This document shows positions 1 to 8,842 of a DNA stretch of 51,121 nt, piece after piece. Each line of letters starts with the position of its first letter. The stretch's first letter is position 1. This stretch comes from a virus (lineage: Duplodnaviria > Caudoviricetes). The stretch is from positions 1-51,121 of IMG/VR virus record IMGVR_UViG_3300033076_000672. The stretch is one strand, 5' to 3'. Made by a program: the position numbers and the translations under genes. The notes beneath the pieces were generated by a model. The model was not told the DNA's origin. It saw only the letters and a program-made list of their open reading frames with translations, and ran no database searches.

Positions 1-568
1 AGGTGATACTGTCCGGGTCGAATTCATCGCAGTTCATGTCGCGCTCGATCCATGCAATAGGCTCCTGCTGCTGTGCTGTCTGCTCATGTCGATTTTTTGC
101 TGTTTTATCGACACGTTCTGACAATGTGTCGACGGCATGGACAGATTGCTTTCCAGCAAGAAAAGCCACTTCCATGTTGTACTTGGTAAAAACGCCATCT
201 CCATCGAAGTTATAGGCTTTTGGCAACCAGTCCCAAAATTCAGGACATGGTGAACCGCTTTTATCCACCGGCTCCTGCTGTGCTGGCTGCTTATGTGCCT
301 CCGGCACGGCGGACAGCGCTTCGCGGCTGACGGTGATGGCTTTTTTATGTGCTACTTCCAGGGCAGCCATGCCTCTCACTTTTGCTAATCGAGTTGGCAC
401 ACCTATGTACTTCTTCTCAACTTCTCTGGCCTCATTGGAAACCAGATCAACGCTGGCTTCCAACGCCTCCAGCGCCAGCTTCAGCGCCTCAGTTTGTTTG
501 TTCTGCGGGGTTGCAGGTTTGTGCGTAAGTCGTCGTTCGAGCTCCTCGAACTCTTCGTCTTCAGTCAT
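1..568 (-). CDS. Early modular hypothetical protein, truncated by the window edge
   Basis: Manual translation from ATG 568 (MTEDEEFEELERRL...EALKLALEALE...AQQEPV...QQEPIAW) stays open to base 1. AGGAG SD upstream. QQEP linkers are typical of mosaic phage early proteins. Confidence 0.7.
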   Translation of the reverse strand, partial: MTEDEEFEELERRLTHKPATPQNKQTEALKLALEALEASVDLVSNEAREVEKKYIGVPTRLAKVRGMAALEVAHKKAITVSREALSAVPEAHKQPAQQEPVDKSGSPCPEFWDWLPKAYNFDGDGVFTKYNMEVAFLAGKQSVHAVDTLSERVDKTAKNRHEQTAQQQEPIAWIERDMNCDEFDPDSIT

Positions 569-672
569 GTTGGTTACTCCTGTATGGTTTGATCGTGAAG
601 TCCGATGTACTTAAGGTTTTTAATACAAGCTTTAGCTTCGGGTTCGCGAAGTCGGCATGATAGGTGGATTGT

Positions 673-924
673 TTACCCATAAGCTTTCTCGAACCTTGCA
701 ATGACGTCCATGACGATGAGGGATTCCTCGGCATTCTGGATGCTGTCGAAGGGTCCGATGGCGTCGTGCTTGTAGTTGCCCAGGTAGAACTTGCCCGTGC
801 GTACATCCTTGCGTATCCACACGTGTTGGTACTGACCGTTCACGAACAGGTCGTAGTAGCTCTGTGGCCCGTTGCTCATGGCTCTGTTGAGCCGCCATTC
901 GTGGCGTGATGTTGGTGGGTTCAT
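673..924 (-). CDS. Small early hypothetical protein
   Basis: 83-aa ORF with ATGA overlap to the upstream gene. Confidence 0.65.
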   Translation of the reverse strand: MNPPTSRHEWRLNRAMSNGPQSYYDLFVNGQYQHVWIRKDVRTGKFYLGNYKHDAIGPFDSIQNAEESLIVMDVIARFEKAYG

Positions 925-1184
925 GTGTCGTCCAGTCGTTGAACTACGAAGTGGTGGATGAGTTGTGCCTTGGCCTCTTTGAGTGTGGCCACGGGTGGGA
1001 AGTTCTCATGGGATACGTCGTTCAGACACGCCATGAATGGCCGGGGGTTTCCATGTATGAGGGTTCGTGTGTCCTCGCGTACCCAGCCCAGGCATCGGTC
1101 GTCATCGTCCAGCAGGTCGTGGAATATGAGGTCTTGTGTCCATGAGCCGGGCTTGCCGACTCGGTGGCCTTTAGTCCACCGCAT
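921..1184 (-). CDS. Small early hypothetical protein
   Basis: Likely start ATG 1184 (MRWTKGH...TLKEAKAQL); stop is coupled to the next gene. Confidence 0.6.
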   Translation of the reverse strand: MRWTKGHRVGKPGSWTQDLIFHDLLDDDDRCLGWVREDTRTLIHGNPRPFMACLNDVSHENFPPVATLKEAKAQLIHHFVVQRLDDT

Positions 1185-1449
1185 GGGCTTCGCTCCATGG
1201 AATCCCGTAGGGTGGATCGGCCGGCATCTTGGCCTCTTGGATGGATTCAAACGCCACGAACTCGTCGAAGTTGTACGGGAAGCGGCCAAAGAGGCTACGG
1301 AACAGGACCGCGTTGCAGTCCGAGCACCCCCAGCTGTATGTACGGCAGGGTTTGAGTTTGCGCGTGTGCCACATCTTGGGGTTGTCGTGGCTCCATGGCG
1401 GGTTGGCCATGCGTTCGAGGATGAGGTGCTTGCGATGGCGTTGTTTCAT
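1171..1449 (-). CDS. Hypothetical protein with CxxC
   Basis: 92-aa ORF with ATGA coupling at 1446-1449. Confidence 0.6.
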   Translation of the reverse strand: MKQRHRKHLILERMANPPWSHDNPKMWHTRKLKPCRTYSWGCSDCNAVLFRSLFGRFPYNFDEFVAFESIQEAKMPADPPYGIPWSEAHAVD

Positions 1450-1676
1450 CTCGTGCCCCCTTTATGGGATGAGTTGAGTCCTTGGAGCAGAGATAAGTCT
1501 GTCACAAGTATGTAGTTTGACTTGGGCATGGGAACCACGGTGCGTGACCTGGCCTTGGCTTGCGCTAGCTTATCGCCACAGCTCATGCAGGTATGCCAGC
1601 CTTTGGCCCAGCGTGCTGGGGGTACGCGCTCAGCGTAACAGTGGGTACAGATGTAGTTATGCGTATGGTCAGACAT
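1446..1676 (-). CDS. C4 zinc-finger protein, DksA/TraR-finger-like
   Basis: CTHC...VPPARW...TCMSCG matches the spacing of the DksA/TraR C4 finger; no N-terminal acidic coiled-coil tip. Confidence 0.55.
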   Translation of the reverse strand: MSDHTHNYICTHCYAERVPPARWAKGWHTCMSCGDKLAQAKARSRTVVPMPKSNYILVTDLSLLQGLNSSHKGGTR

Positions 1677-1691
1677 GATGAAGCTGCCCAA

Positions 1692-1868
1692 TCAGTTAAA
1701 TGTGCGCTTGTAATACGCGGCCAGGGCAGCCTCGGGGTCGTCGTTGTCCAAGGGATTGTCTGTTGCCTCAAACTCGAATACGTAGGGCTGGTCGTCCACG
1801 GTGTCGGTGAAATCGGTGTCTTGGGGGATGTGCAGGAACATGAGTTGGTGGCGTGCGGGTGTGGCCAT
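1692..1868 (-). CDS. Small acidic hypothetical protein
   Basis: ATG 1868 preceded by GGAG; 58 aa, D/E-rich. Confidence 0.55.
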   Translation of the reverse strand: MATPARHQLMFLHIPQDTDFTDTVDDQPYVFEFEATDNPLDNDDPEAALAAYYKRTFN

Positions 1869-1913
1869 GATGCGCTCCAAGAAAAATTTATTGATTGAGG
1901 TGGGTGAAATCGC

Positions 1914-1941
1914 TTGACTTGCGGAAATCATGTGGTATGCT
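1914..1941 (+). promoter_or_regulatory. Sigma70-like promoter TTGACT-16-TATGCT with extended -10 TG
   Basis: Direct motif match; it points into the non-coding repeat region. Confidence 0.5.
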
Positions 1942-2004
1942 TCTGCCTATGGCAGAAGTGAGTGGGAACCAAAAGGTGATGACCACTGTGCGGATATACA
2001 GGTC

Positions 2005-2355
2005 GAATTTGCTGACAAATTGTTTTTTCAATCGTTCGACAAATTAGAATCCTATATAAATCAATGACTTAGCGTTGAATTTGCGAATTTGCTGAGTTTC
2101 CCGTAGGGTCAGACAGGTTTCTGAGATTATGGGATTGTGCGTATGTGATGGAGTCGGGCACATGGGGTCATGGCCACGGAGCGGTCTCTCACATGTACGA
2201 GTGTATCTATCAACAAATTCACAAATTCACAAATTCAGTATTACATGATTGGCTACAACCCGCATGGATACTGGCTTCCAGATGTAATACTGAATTTGTT
2301 GGAGAATTTGCTGGCCGAAAGCCCGCGCAAATTCAGTATTACATCCCAGTATTAC
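2005..2355. repeat. Iteron-like CAAATTC/GAATTTG cluster with 18-bp inverted repeats; candidate replication origin
   Basis: ACAAATTC x3 tandem at 2213-2236. ACAAATTCAGTATTACAT at 2229-2246 is inverted at 2282-2299, with a further direct copy at 2328-2345. GAATTTG at 2005, 2077, 2085 and 2304. AT-rich and non-coding. Confidence 0.65.
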
Positions 2356-2390
2356 TGTATCGAAGAACAGGTAATTGAAACTGTGAACTA

Positions 2391-2657
2391 TTACGCTATA
2401 CGCTTCCACTCGCCGCCGGTCGTGCCCGCTTTGACTTGGTTGACGTTGCAGCCGTACACGCGGATGGATTCACACACGCTGGCCATTGCGCCCAACTTGG
2501 ACGCATTGCGTCCCATATAGCGCTGAGGGAGGTACGCCGGCACAAATTGCTTAGGTACGGATCTATTTCCAACAACCTCGTTGAACTTGACGGGCGTTGC
2601 GCATTGCGATGACAGTGAGGCTGAGCCTGCTGCATGGATTAGATGGACTCGTGGCAT
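2391..2657 (-). CDS. Hypothetical early protein
   Basis: 88-aa ORF with GGAG SD before ATG 2657. Confidence 0.45.
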   Translation of the reverse strand: MPRVHLIHAAGSASLSSQCATPVKFNEVVGNRSVPKQFVPAYLPQRYMGRNASKLGAMASVCESIRVYGCNVNQVKAGTTGGEWKRIA

Positions 2658-2722
2658 TGGTCGCTCCGGATTTGCGGAATGATAGGTGGCCTAGGTCGGC
2701 GGGGTTGCCCCCGCCTTCCCGC

Positions 2723-3247
2723 TTACTCGGCTGTTGCGTTGTGAGCTGCGCCCAGAACCTGCTCGGCGTGGTACACGCTGGCCGCATGGGCGATCTCTTC
2801 CAAGAGCTTGCGATTCTTGATGGTCACGTTGGCTTCGGCGACCTGCTTTTCCAGGCGCTTGATGAACTTGTCCACGGCTTCGCTGACGTCGAACACGGAC
2901 ACCACGGGCTCTTCGGGCTTGGCTTCTTCCCACGGCAGGGCCATGAGGGTTTCGCGCAAGTCAGCTTCGGGAATTTCACGCATCGTTTTGGCGCGGTCAG
3001 CATCGAACCCGAACTTATCCTTACCCTTGGGCAAGTACATCGGGGTGTTCTTCTCGAACCATGCCCGCAGTGAGGCACGGCGCAAGCCTTTGCCCAGCGC
3101 GTCAACGAGTTGATCGGCCAGGGTTACGTCGCCATGCTTGACGGCGTGCAAAGCACAGTCAGCGGCGGTGTCTTGAATGTCTGCGGTCAGCTTTTTGGCA
3201 TTCTTGCCGATAGTGCCGATTTTCTTGAGAATGAGTTCTTTTGACAT
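2723..3247 (-). CDS. Phage early hypothetical protein, first gene of the leftward unit
   Basis: 174 aa with strong codon bias and AAGGA SD; KHGDVT...LRAWFE motif. Confidence 0.8.
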   Translation of the reverse strand: MSKELILKKIGTIGKNAKKLTADIQDTAADCALHAVKHGDVTLADQLVDALGKGLRRASLRAWFEKNTPMYLPKGKDKFGFDADRAKTMREIPEADLRETLMALPWEEAKPEEPVVSVFDVSEAVDKFIKRLEKQVAEANVTIKNRKLLEEIAHAASVYHAEQVLGAAHNATAE

Positions 3248-3653
3248 AATGAGTCCTTAGGTAAACAAATGAATGTGAGGCTTTGTCGTGCGTCCTGCAG
3301 CACAAGGCGCACAATCAAGCCCCCAGATAGTGAGGGCTTAGAGAATCCGCATATTCGCGCCTGCGGCTGTTGGCGCAACTTACCCGCACGGGGCTTGAGT
3401 GGTCGGGTTAGTCAACCCGCGATATAAACCTAACGATTCTGTTAGGCGCGCTGTTAATCACTGCACGATTTAATCCGGTGGCCGGTTCTAGGTTCTACAC
3501 CCATAGACTTCCGCTTCGCTGACCCTTAGGGGCGTAGTTCCCCCTCGTGGTCATCCACGTACACATCTAACCATACCGGGCCACGATATTCCGCGTGATT
3601 CTATGGTTCTAACCCGTGCGGCTATACGGTGCGATCACCCTTCGCCTACTTTC

Positions 3654-3711
3654 AGCCCAGCCAGTTGGATGGAGGTGTCTGTCAGTACATATAGCCCAGC
3701 CAGTTGGATGG
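3654..3711 (+). repeat. 19-bp direct repeat AGCCCAGCCAGTTGGATGG x2
   Basis: Exact copies at 3654-3672 and 3693-3711, followed by G-tracts at 3713-3756. Confidence 0.85.
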
Positions 3712-3863
3712 CGGGGGACGGGGCGGGGGGAGGACCAAACGGACTCGGGGGTGGGGCGGCTGCTTACGTGTTGCACAGTTAGCAAGGCTAGAAAAATGTC
3801 CTATACGCACATATACATACAACTACCTACATTAGCTCCACCAGATAAATCCCCTTAATCCGC

Positions 3864-3891
3864 TTGACACCACCTACGCACGCAGTAACAT
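3864..3891 (+). promoter_or_regulatory. Rightward promoter TTGACA-16-TAACAT
   Basis: Motif match; the predicted start site falls at or near ATG 3898 (leaderless). Confidence 0.6.
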
Positions 3892-3897
3892 ACGCAC

Positions 3898-4128
3898 ATG
3901 ATCGACCCAACCCAAACCCCGCTAGACTTCAAGTTGACCCCCGCAGATGTGGACATGTTGTTGTTCGCGCTGCAAAATGGCTCGACTGGCCCGTACACCT
4001 ACATCCAGGTGGACAAGCTCAAGAACAAGCTGGTCGCGCAAGGCCGCCCCCAGTGGGATGCACTGGTCACACAAAAACCCGAAGGAGCCGAAGATGGCAA
4101 CGAAGAAAGCAGCCCTGTTCAAGGGTAA
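3898..4128 (+). CDS. Hypothetical protein
   Basis: 76-aa ORF directly after the promoter, without an SD. Confidence 0.6.
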   Translation: MIDPTQTPLDFKLTPADVDMLLFALQNGSTGPYTYIQVDKLKNKLVAQGRPQWDALVTQKPEGAEDGNEESSPVQG

Positions 4129-4240
4129 GGAATCTGTTAAGGAAGAAGCCGCCGAGAAAAAGGCCTTCCCGAGCAAAGCCGCATACAAGAAAGCCGAAGC
4201 CCGCTTTGAGAAAGAGCCGGCGAAGAAAGCCAAGAAGTGA
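4094..4240 (+). CDS. Small Lys/Ala-rich basic protein
   Basis: GAAGGAG SD and ATG 4094: MATKKAALFKGKESVKEE...AKKAKK. Confidence 0.7.
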   Translation: MATKKAALFKGKESVKEEAAEKKAFPSKAAYKKAEARFEKEPAKKAKK

Positions 4241-4386
4241 CACGGCACAATTTCTTTTTGCCCGACGAGCTGGTCAAGCAGATGAAGCAGCTGTCTGAGA
4301 AGACGGGTGCCACCATGTCCGAGATCGTGCGGCGTGCGCTTCAGTCCTACATCACTGAGCAGCTTAATAAGGCAGCGAATGGATAA
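4237..4386 (+). CDS. Ribbon-helix-helix (CopG/Arc-like) DNA-binding protein
   Basis: Not in the ORF track. GTGA-coupled 49-aa ORF MTRHNFFLPDELVKQMKQLSEKTGATMSEIVRRALQSY has the classic RHH pattern. Confidence 0.75.
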   Translation: MTRHNFFLPDELVKQMKQLSEKTGATMSEIVRRALQSYITEQLNKAANG

Positions 4387-4876
4387 TGAAGACCTGATCG
4401 TCCACGCGGAGTTCACGGAGTTCGCCCTGCCGGCGGAAGTCGATGAGCCGCATCACACGTTGGACGTTCCTGCGCAGCTTGTGTGGGAAGTCGCTGCTGG
4501 CGTAGAAGATCCTGCCCAGGTTGCACAGCGCTTCGGGTTTGAAGGCGCGAAATGGGAGAGGCTCTCGCAGTGGGAGCCGTTCATCACGGCGGTCCAGCAC
4601 CAGCGGGCTCAGTTCCAGAAGGAAGGCGTGACGTTCCGGCTCAAGGCCGGGATGATGGCCGAATCCCTCATGGACCAGATGTTCAAGCAGGCGTACGGTA
4701 CAGACAGCACGATCATGCAAAAGCTCAGCGTGTTCAATTCCCTCGTGGACGTAGCTGGCCTCAAGCCCGAAAAGAAACAAAACGCAGCCGTGGACGCTAG
4801 CGCAGCGCCGAAGTTCAGTATCACGATCAACATACCGAGCTCAAGCGGCCCGGCCCCAGTGGTCATTGACGCATGA
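4379..4876 (+). CDS. Putative terminase small subunit
   Basis: Lies before terL; helical/HTH-like core; C-terminal FSITINI strand. Start refined to ATG 4379. Confidence 0.6.
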   Translation: MDNEDLIVHAEFTEFALPAEVDEPHHTLDVPAQLVWEVAAGVEDPAQVAQRFGFEGAKWERLSQWEPFITAVQHQRAQFQKEGVTFRLKAGMMAESLMDQMFKQAYGTDSTIMQKLSVFNSLVDVAGLKPEKKQNAAVDASAAPKFSITINIPSSSGPAPVVIDA

Positions 4877-5025
4877 GTTTTGGCTTGTACTACGCGATTG
4901 ACAGCCAGGAGATCTCCATACTGCCAGCGCTTCTGTTTGGCTGGGAAGAGACCGAAGACGGCGGCGAGGAGTTTTACTTTGAGCTCGGCTGGCTGAACCT
5001 GTACCTTGGAGTGAGCTTTGGCTAA
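4873..5025 (+). CDS. Small acidic/aromatic hypothetical protein
   Basis: Not in the ORF track. ATGA-coupled 50-aa ORF MSFGLYYAIDSQEISILPALLFGWEE... fills the terS-terL gap. Confidence 0.6.
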   Translation: MSFGLYYAIDSQEISILPALLFGWEETEDGGEEFYFELGWLNLYLGVSFG

Positions 5026-6418
5026 CCTTGTCTATAACCCACCGCAGTCGGTGGTTCCGTTCCTTACAGCTGACCAGTTCGCCAACTTCATCGTGGGGCC
5101 AGTGGGCTCGACCAAGACGACGGCCAGCCTAATCAAGATCAGCTACGAGGCCAAGCGGATCAAAGCCTGCCCGGATGGTATCCGCCGCAGCCGAGCTGCT
5201 GTCATCCGTAACACCCGCCAGATGCTGTGGGACACGACGATCCCGGACTTCCTTAAGTGGTACCCGGACGGGGAAGCCGGGGTGTTGGAAAAAACCAACA
5301 GTAAGTTCCTGCTCAAGTTCGACGATGTTGAGTGCGAAGTGCTGTTCCGGGGGCTGGATGATGCCAACGATGCACGCCGGCTGCTGTCTTTGCAGCTGAC
5401 TTTCGGTGTGATGGACGAATTCCGTGAGATCAACCCGGACATCTACAACGCGCTGACAGGCCGTCTGGGGCGTTACCCGGACAAGACGATGAACGGCGTG
5501 GGTGCCTGTGACGACGAGGGCAACCAGATCCATAAAGTGTGGGGGGCGACGAACCCACCAGACATGGACACGTTCTGGGAAAAGCAGCTCAACGACCCGC
5601 CGGCAAACATGCACGTCACCTTGCAGCCCAGCGGTTTGGCTCAGGAAGCAGACTGGGTGCAGTATCTGCCAGACGGGTACTACGAAAACCTGTGCGAGGG
5701 CAAAAGTGAAGACTGGATTGACATCTACGTACACGGCAGATTCGGAAAATCGCTCTCTGGACAGCCTGTATTCCGAGCTTTTGATCGAGATACACACGTT
5801 GCCAAGAACACTCTCAACTACATCAAGCTCCAAACCCACCCGCTCATCATCGGAATGGACTTCGGGCTCACGCCCGCTTGCACAATCAATCAGGTGGACG
5901 CTCAGGGACGGCTGCTTACGTTCGCCGATTTGACCTCTGAGGGCATGGGAACACTGCGTTTTTGCCGGGAAAAGCTCAAACCGCTACTGGCAAACCGGTT
6001 TCCGGGCATGAATGTGCTCATTATTGGCGACCCAGCGGGCCAGCAGCGGGCTCAAACAGACGAAAGAAGCGTGTTTGACATCCTCAAAGCCGAGGGTTTT
6101 CGCGTTATCCCAGCAAAATCCAACTCGGTGGTGGCCCGCATCAACGCTGTTGACAAGTTTTTGACCCGTTCGGTCGACGGAAAGCCCGGACACATCATTG
6201 ACCCGAGCTGTACGCATTTAATTGCTGCACTCCGAGGCGGATATCGGTATAAAATCCGGTCAAATGGCGAGGCGGACGACAAGCCCGAGAAAAACTCGCA
6301 CTCTCACATCGCAGACGCCCATCAGTACGCGTGCCTTCACGCTGATGGAAACGTAACTGGTGATACGTGGCAAAGAAAAGCTGTCGAAGTCAAAAAAGTT
6401 GACTATGTCTGGACTTAA
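5018..6418 (+). CDS. terL: Terminase large subunit
   Basis: Walker A GPVGSTKT, Walker B GVMDEFRE, ATNPP motif, nuclease motifs IGMDFG and SHIADA. Confidence 0.95.
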   Translation: MANLVYNPPQSVVPFLTADQFANFIVGPVGSTKTTASLIKISYEAKRIKACPDGIRRSRAAVIRNTRQMLWDTTIPDFLKWYPDGEAGVLEKTNSKFLLKFDDVECEVLFRGLDDANDARRLLSLQLTFGVMDEFREINPDIYNALTGRLGRYPDKTMNGVGACDDEGNQIHKVWGATNPPDMDTFWEKQLNDPPANMHVTLQPSGLAQEADWVQYLPDGYYENLCEGKSEDWIDIYVHGRFGKSLSGQPVFRAFDRDTHVAKNTLNYIKLQTHPLIIGMDFGLTPACTINQVDAQGRLLTFADLTSEGMGTLRFCREKLKPLLANRFPGMNVLIIGDPAGQQRAQTDERSVFDILKAEGFRVIPAKSNSVVARINAVDKFLTRSVDGKPGHIIDPSCTHLIAALRGGYRYKIRSNGEADDKPEKNSHSHIADAHQYACLHADGNVTGDTWQRKAVEVKKVDYVWT

Positions 6419-6463
6419 ACCTAGACTTCGGCATTAAAACCCCCTTTAGCAAGCGACAAGTCT

Positions 6464-8599
6464 ATGCAATTAGGTCTGAATATCACCAACTCAGCCGCGC
6501 CAGGCACTGTCTCGGCGGGGGGTCTGCTCACTATCAAGTCGCTCAAGCAGCTCCATGAGGAACAGCGAGCGGAGGCGCAGCGAGCAAACTCGCAGCCTGT
6601 CGTGCAGGCTCTAGCTGGTTACATCCGTAAGACTTGGATGAGTTCCATGATGGCCAAGCAGATGACTTCCGAGATCAAAATGCTCAAGTCAGTGCGGGCG
6701 CGTCGCGGTGAATACGACCCGGACAAGCTGGCTCAGCTGCGTGAGCAGGGCAGCAGCACCATTTATATGATGCTGACTTCCAACAAGTGCCGTGCCGCGT
6801 CGAGCTGGCTGCGCGATACCCTCATCACCGCCTCGGACGAGAAGCCCTGGACGATTGAGCCTGGAGCCGTCCCGGATCTGCCGCCTGATCAGGTCGAGCG
6901 AATCATGGTGCAGGCGCAGCAGGAAGTCCAGCAGTTGTACTTGGCAGGGCAGCCGCCCACCGATCAGCAGGTTCGTGAACGCCTGCTTGAGATGAAAGAC
7001 ATGGCGATGTCTCACATCAAGGACATGGCCAAGCGCACGGCTGAGCGCATGGAGAACAAAATGGAAGACCAGTTGCAAGAAGGCAACTGGAGCCACGCGT
7101 TCAGTGAATTCCTCGACGACATCACCACTTTCCCGTCCGCGTTCATCAAAGGCCCCGTGGTTCGCCGCCGCCCGAAGATGAAGTGGGTGCCGGCGCAGAA
7201 TGGTCAATACGCACTGGATGTGAAAGACGAGCTGGTGCTGGAGTGGGAGCGTGTCGACCCATTCAACATTTACCCCGCAGCCGACGCATCGGACATCAAC
7301 GATGGCGCGCTGATTGAGCGGCACAAACTGCAGCGGGCTGACCTGCAAGCCCTGTTGGGTGTGGAAGGCTACAGCGACGGTGCCATCCGTGCGGTGCTGG
7401 AAGAGTACGGCAAGGGCGGTCTGCGCGACTGGATCTATGTTGACATGAACAAGGCAGCTGCCGAGGGCAAGTCGACCATGGGTGTCCAGCAGAATCCGTC
7501 TCAGTTGATTGACGCCCTGCAGTTCTGGGGCAACGTGCAAGGCCAGCTCCTGCGTGACTGGGGCATGACCGAAGACGAAATCCCCGACCCGTTGATGGAC
7601 TACGCCATTGAGGCGTGGGTGATCGGCCACTGGGTGATCAAGGCTGTGCTGAACCCCGATCCGCTCGGTCGCAAGCCGTACTACAAGGCCTCCTATGAGG
7701 AAGTGCCCGGCGCGTTCTGGGGCAACTCCGTTGCTGACCTGTGCCGAGACACCCAAGACATCTGCAACGCTGCGGCTCGTTCGCTGGTGAACAACATGTC
7801 GATCGCGTCCGGCCCACAGGTGGTCTACAACATTGACCGGCTGCCGCAGGGTGAGAACATCACGCAAATGTACCCGTGGAAAGTCTGGCAGGTTACCTCT
7901 GACCCGCTGGCCGGTTCGGCCCCTCCGATGCAGTTCTTCCAGCCTAACTCGCTGGCTAACGAACTGATGGCGATCTACGAGAAGTTCTCGTCCATGGCCG
8001 ATGAATATACGGGTATTCCCCGATATATGACCGGCGATAGCCCCACGGGTGGCGCTGGCCGTACGGCTTCTGGCATGAGCATGCTCATGTCCAACGCGGG
8101 CAAATCCATCAAGCAGGTTGTCGCCAACATCGACGAGGAAGTCATCAGTCCGGCCATCGAGCGGCTGTACTTCTACAACATGCGCTACGGCGATGACCCG
8201 GATCTCAAGGGCGATGTCAATATCGTGGCCCGCGGCGCTACCGCTCTGCTGGTTCGCGAGCAAGCTCAGGTTCGCCAGAACCAGTTCCTGCAAATTGCTT
8301 TGTCCAACCCGCTCACGCAACAGATCGTCGGCGTCGAGGGCATCGCAGAACTGCTGCGTCAGACGGCCAAGACCCTGGAGCTGAACCCCGATCGCATCGT
8401 GCCGCCCGTGGAAATCATCAAGGCCCGCATGGCCCGGGATCAAGCGATCGCCATGCAGCAGCAACAGCTTGCAATGGCTCAAGCCGGCGGGCAAGCACAA
8501 GCCGGCGGGACTCCGCCAGCCCCTAATCCGGGGGCGACGTTGCAAAACGGCGCACCGGTAACCAATAACTTTGCCCCACAGGCAGGTGTTGGTTCTTGA
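6464..8599 (+). CDS. Portal protein
   Basis: 711 aa directly after terL; RVDPFNIYP and RTASGMSMLM motifs; Q-rich C-terminus typical of podovirus portals. Confidence 0.9.
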   Translation: MQLGLNITNSAAPGTVSAGGLLTIKSLKQLHEEQRAEAQRANSQPVVQALAGYIRKTWMSSMMAKQMTSEIKMLKSVRARRGEYDPDKLAQLREQGSSTIYMMLTSNKCRAASSWLRDTLITASDEKPWTIEPGAVPDLPPDQVERIMVQAQQEVQQLYLAGQPPTDQQVRERLLEMKDMAMSHIKDMAKRTAERMENKMEDQLQEGNWSHAFSEFLDDITTFPSAFIKGPVVRRRPKMKWVPAQNGQYALDVKDELVLEWERVDPFNIYPAADASDINDGALIERHKLQRADLQALLGVEGYSDGAIRAVLEEYGKGGLRDWIYVDMNKAAAEGKSTMGVQQNPSQLIDALQFWGNVQGQLLRDWGMTEDEIPDPLMDYAIEAWVIGHWVIKAVLNPDPLGRKPYYKASYEEVPGAFWGNSVADLCRDTQDICNAAARSLVNNMSIASGPQVVYNIDRLPQGENITQMYPWKVWQVTSDPLAGSAPPMQFFQPNSLANELMAIYEKFSSMADEYTGIPRYMTGDSPTGGAGRTASGMSMLMSNAGKSIKQVVANIDEEVISPAIERLYFYNMRYGDDPDLKGDVNIVARGATALLVREQAQVRQNQFLQIALSNPLTQQIVGVEGIAELLRQTAKTLELNPDRIVPPVEIIKARMARDQAIAMQQQQLAMAQAGGQAQAGGTPPAPNPGATLQNGAPVTNNFAPQAGVGS

Positions 8600-8623
8600 C
8601 AACACTAAAATGTTGTCTATGAT
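8596..8623 (+). promoter_or_regulatory. Promoter TTGACA-16-TATGAT for head genes
   Basis: Near-consensus hexamers at the portal end and intergenic gap. Confidence 0.7.
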
Positions 8624-8647
8624 CTTAGCAACTCAGGAGAAATCCAA

Positions 8648-8842
8648 ATGAAAGCAACCCAACCTTACAGCGAAAGCAAACGCTCTAGCGAGTATTCGCA
8701 AGAGTCTGCCAAGACTGACGGTATGTCCAAGGGTGGTGCAGTTGGTGCCGGTGGCTCCAATGGCGACATCTTCGGTAGCCTGAAGCGCGGCGGTAGCGAA
8801 TACGCCCAAGAGTCTGCCAAGACTGATGGTCTTTGCAAGTGA
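8648..8842 (+). CDS. Small protein with internal SEYxQESAKTDG duplication
   Basis: AGGAG SD; exact 20-bp repeat at 8699-8718 and 8807-8826. Confidence 0.75.
   Translation: MKATQPYSESKRSSEYSQESAKTDGMSKGGAVGAGGSNGDIFGSLKRGGSEYAQESAKTDGLCK

Noticed and set aside
2213-2345. Possible mini-CRISPR array
   Set aside because: The repeats are short, alternate in orientation and lack regular unique spacers; there is no cas operon, and the Cas4-like gene is an ordinary phage exonuclease.
4307-4378. Upstream extension of terS given in the ORF track
   Set aside because: It overlaps the RHH gene; ATG 4379 is the more plausible start.
6689-8605. 638-aa antisense ORF over the portal gene
   Set aside because: Shadow of a codon-biased sense gene; no motifs or SD.
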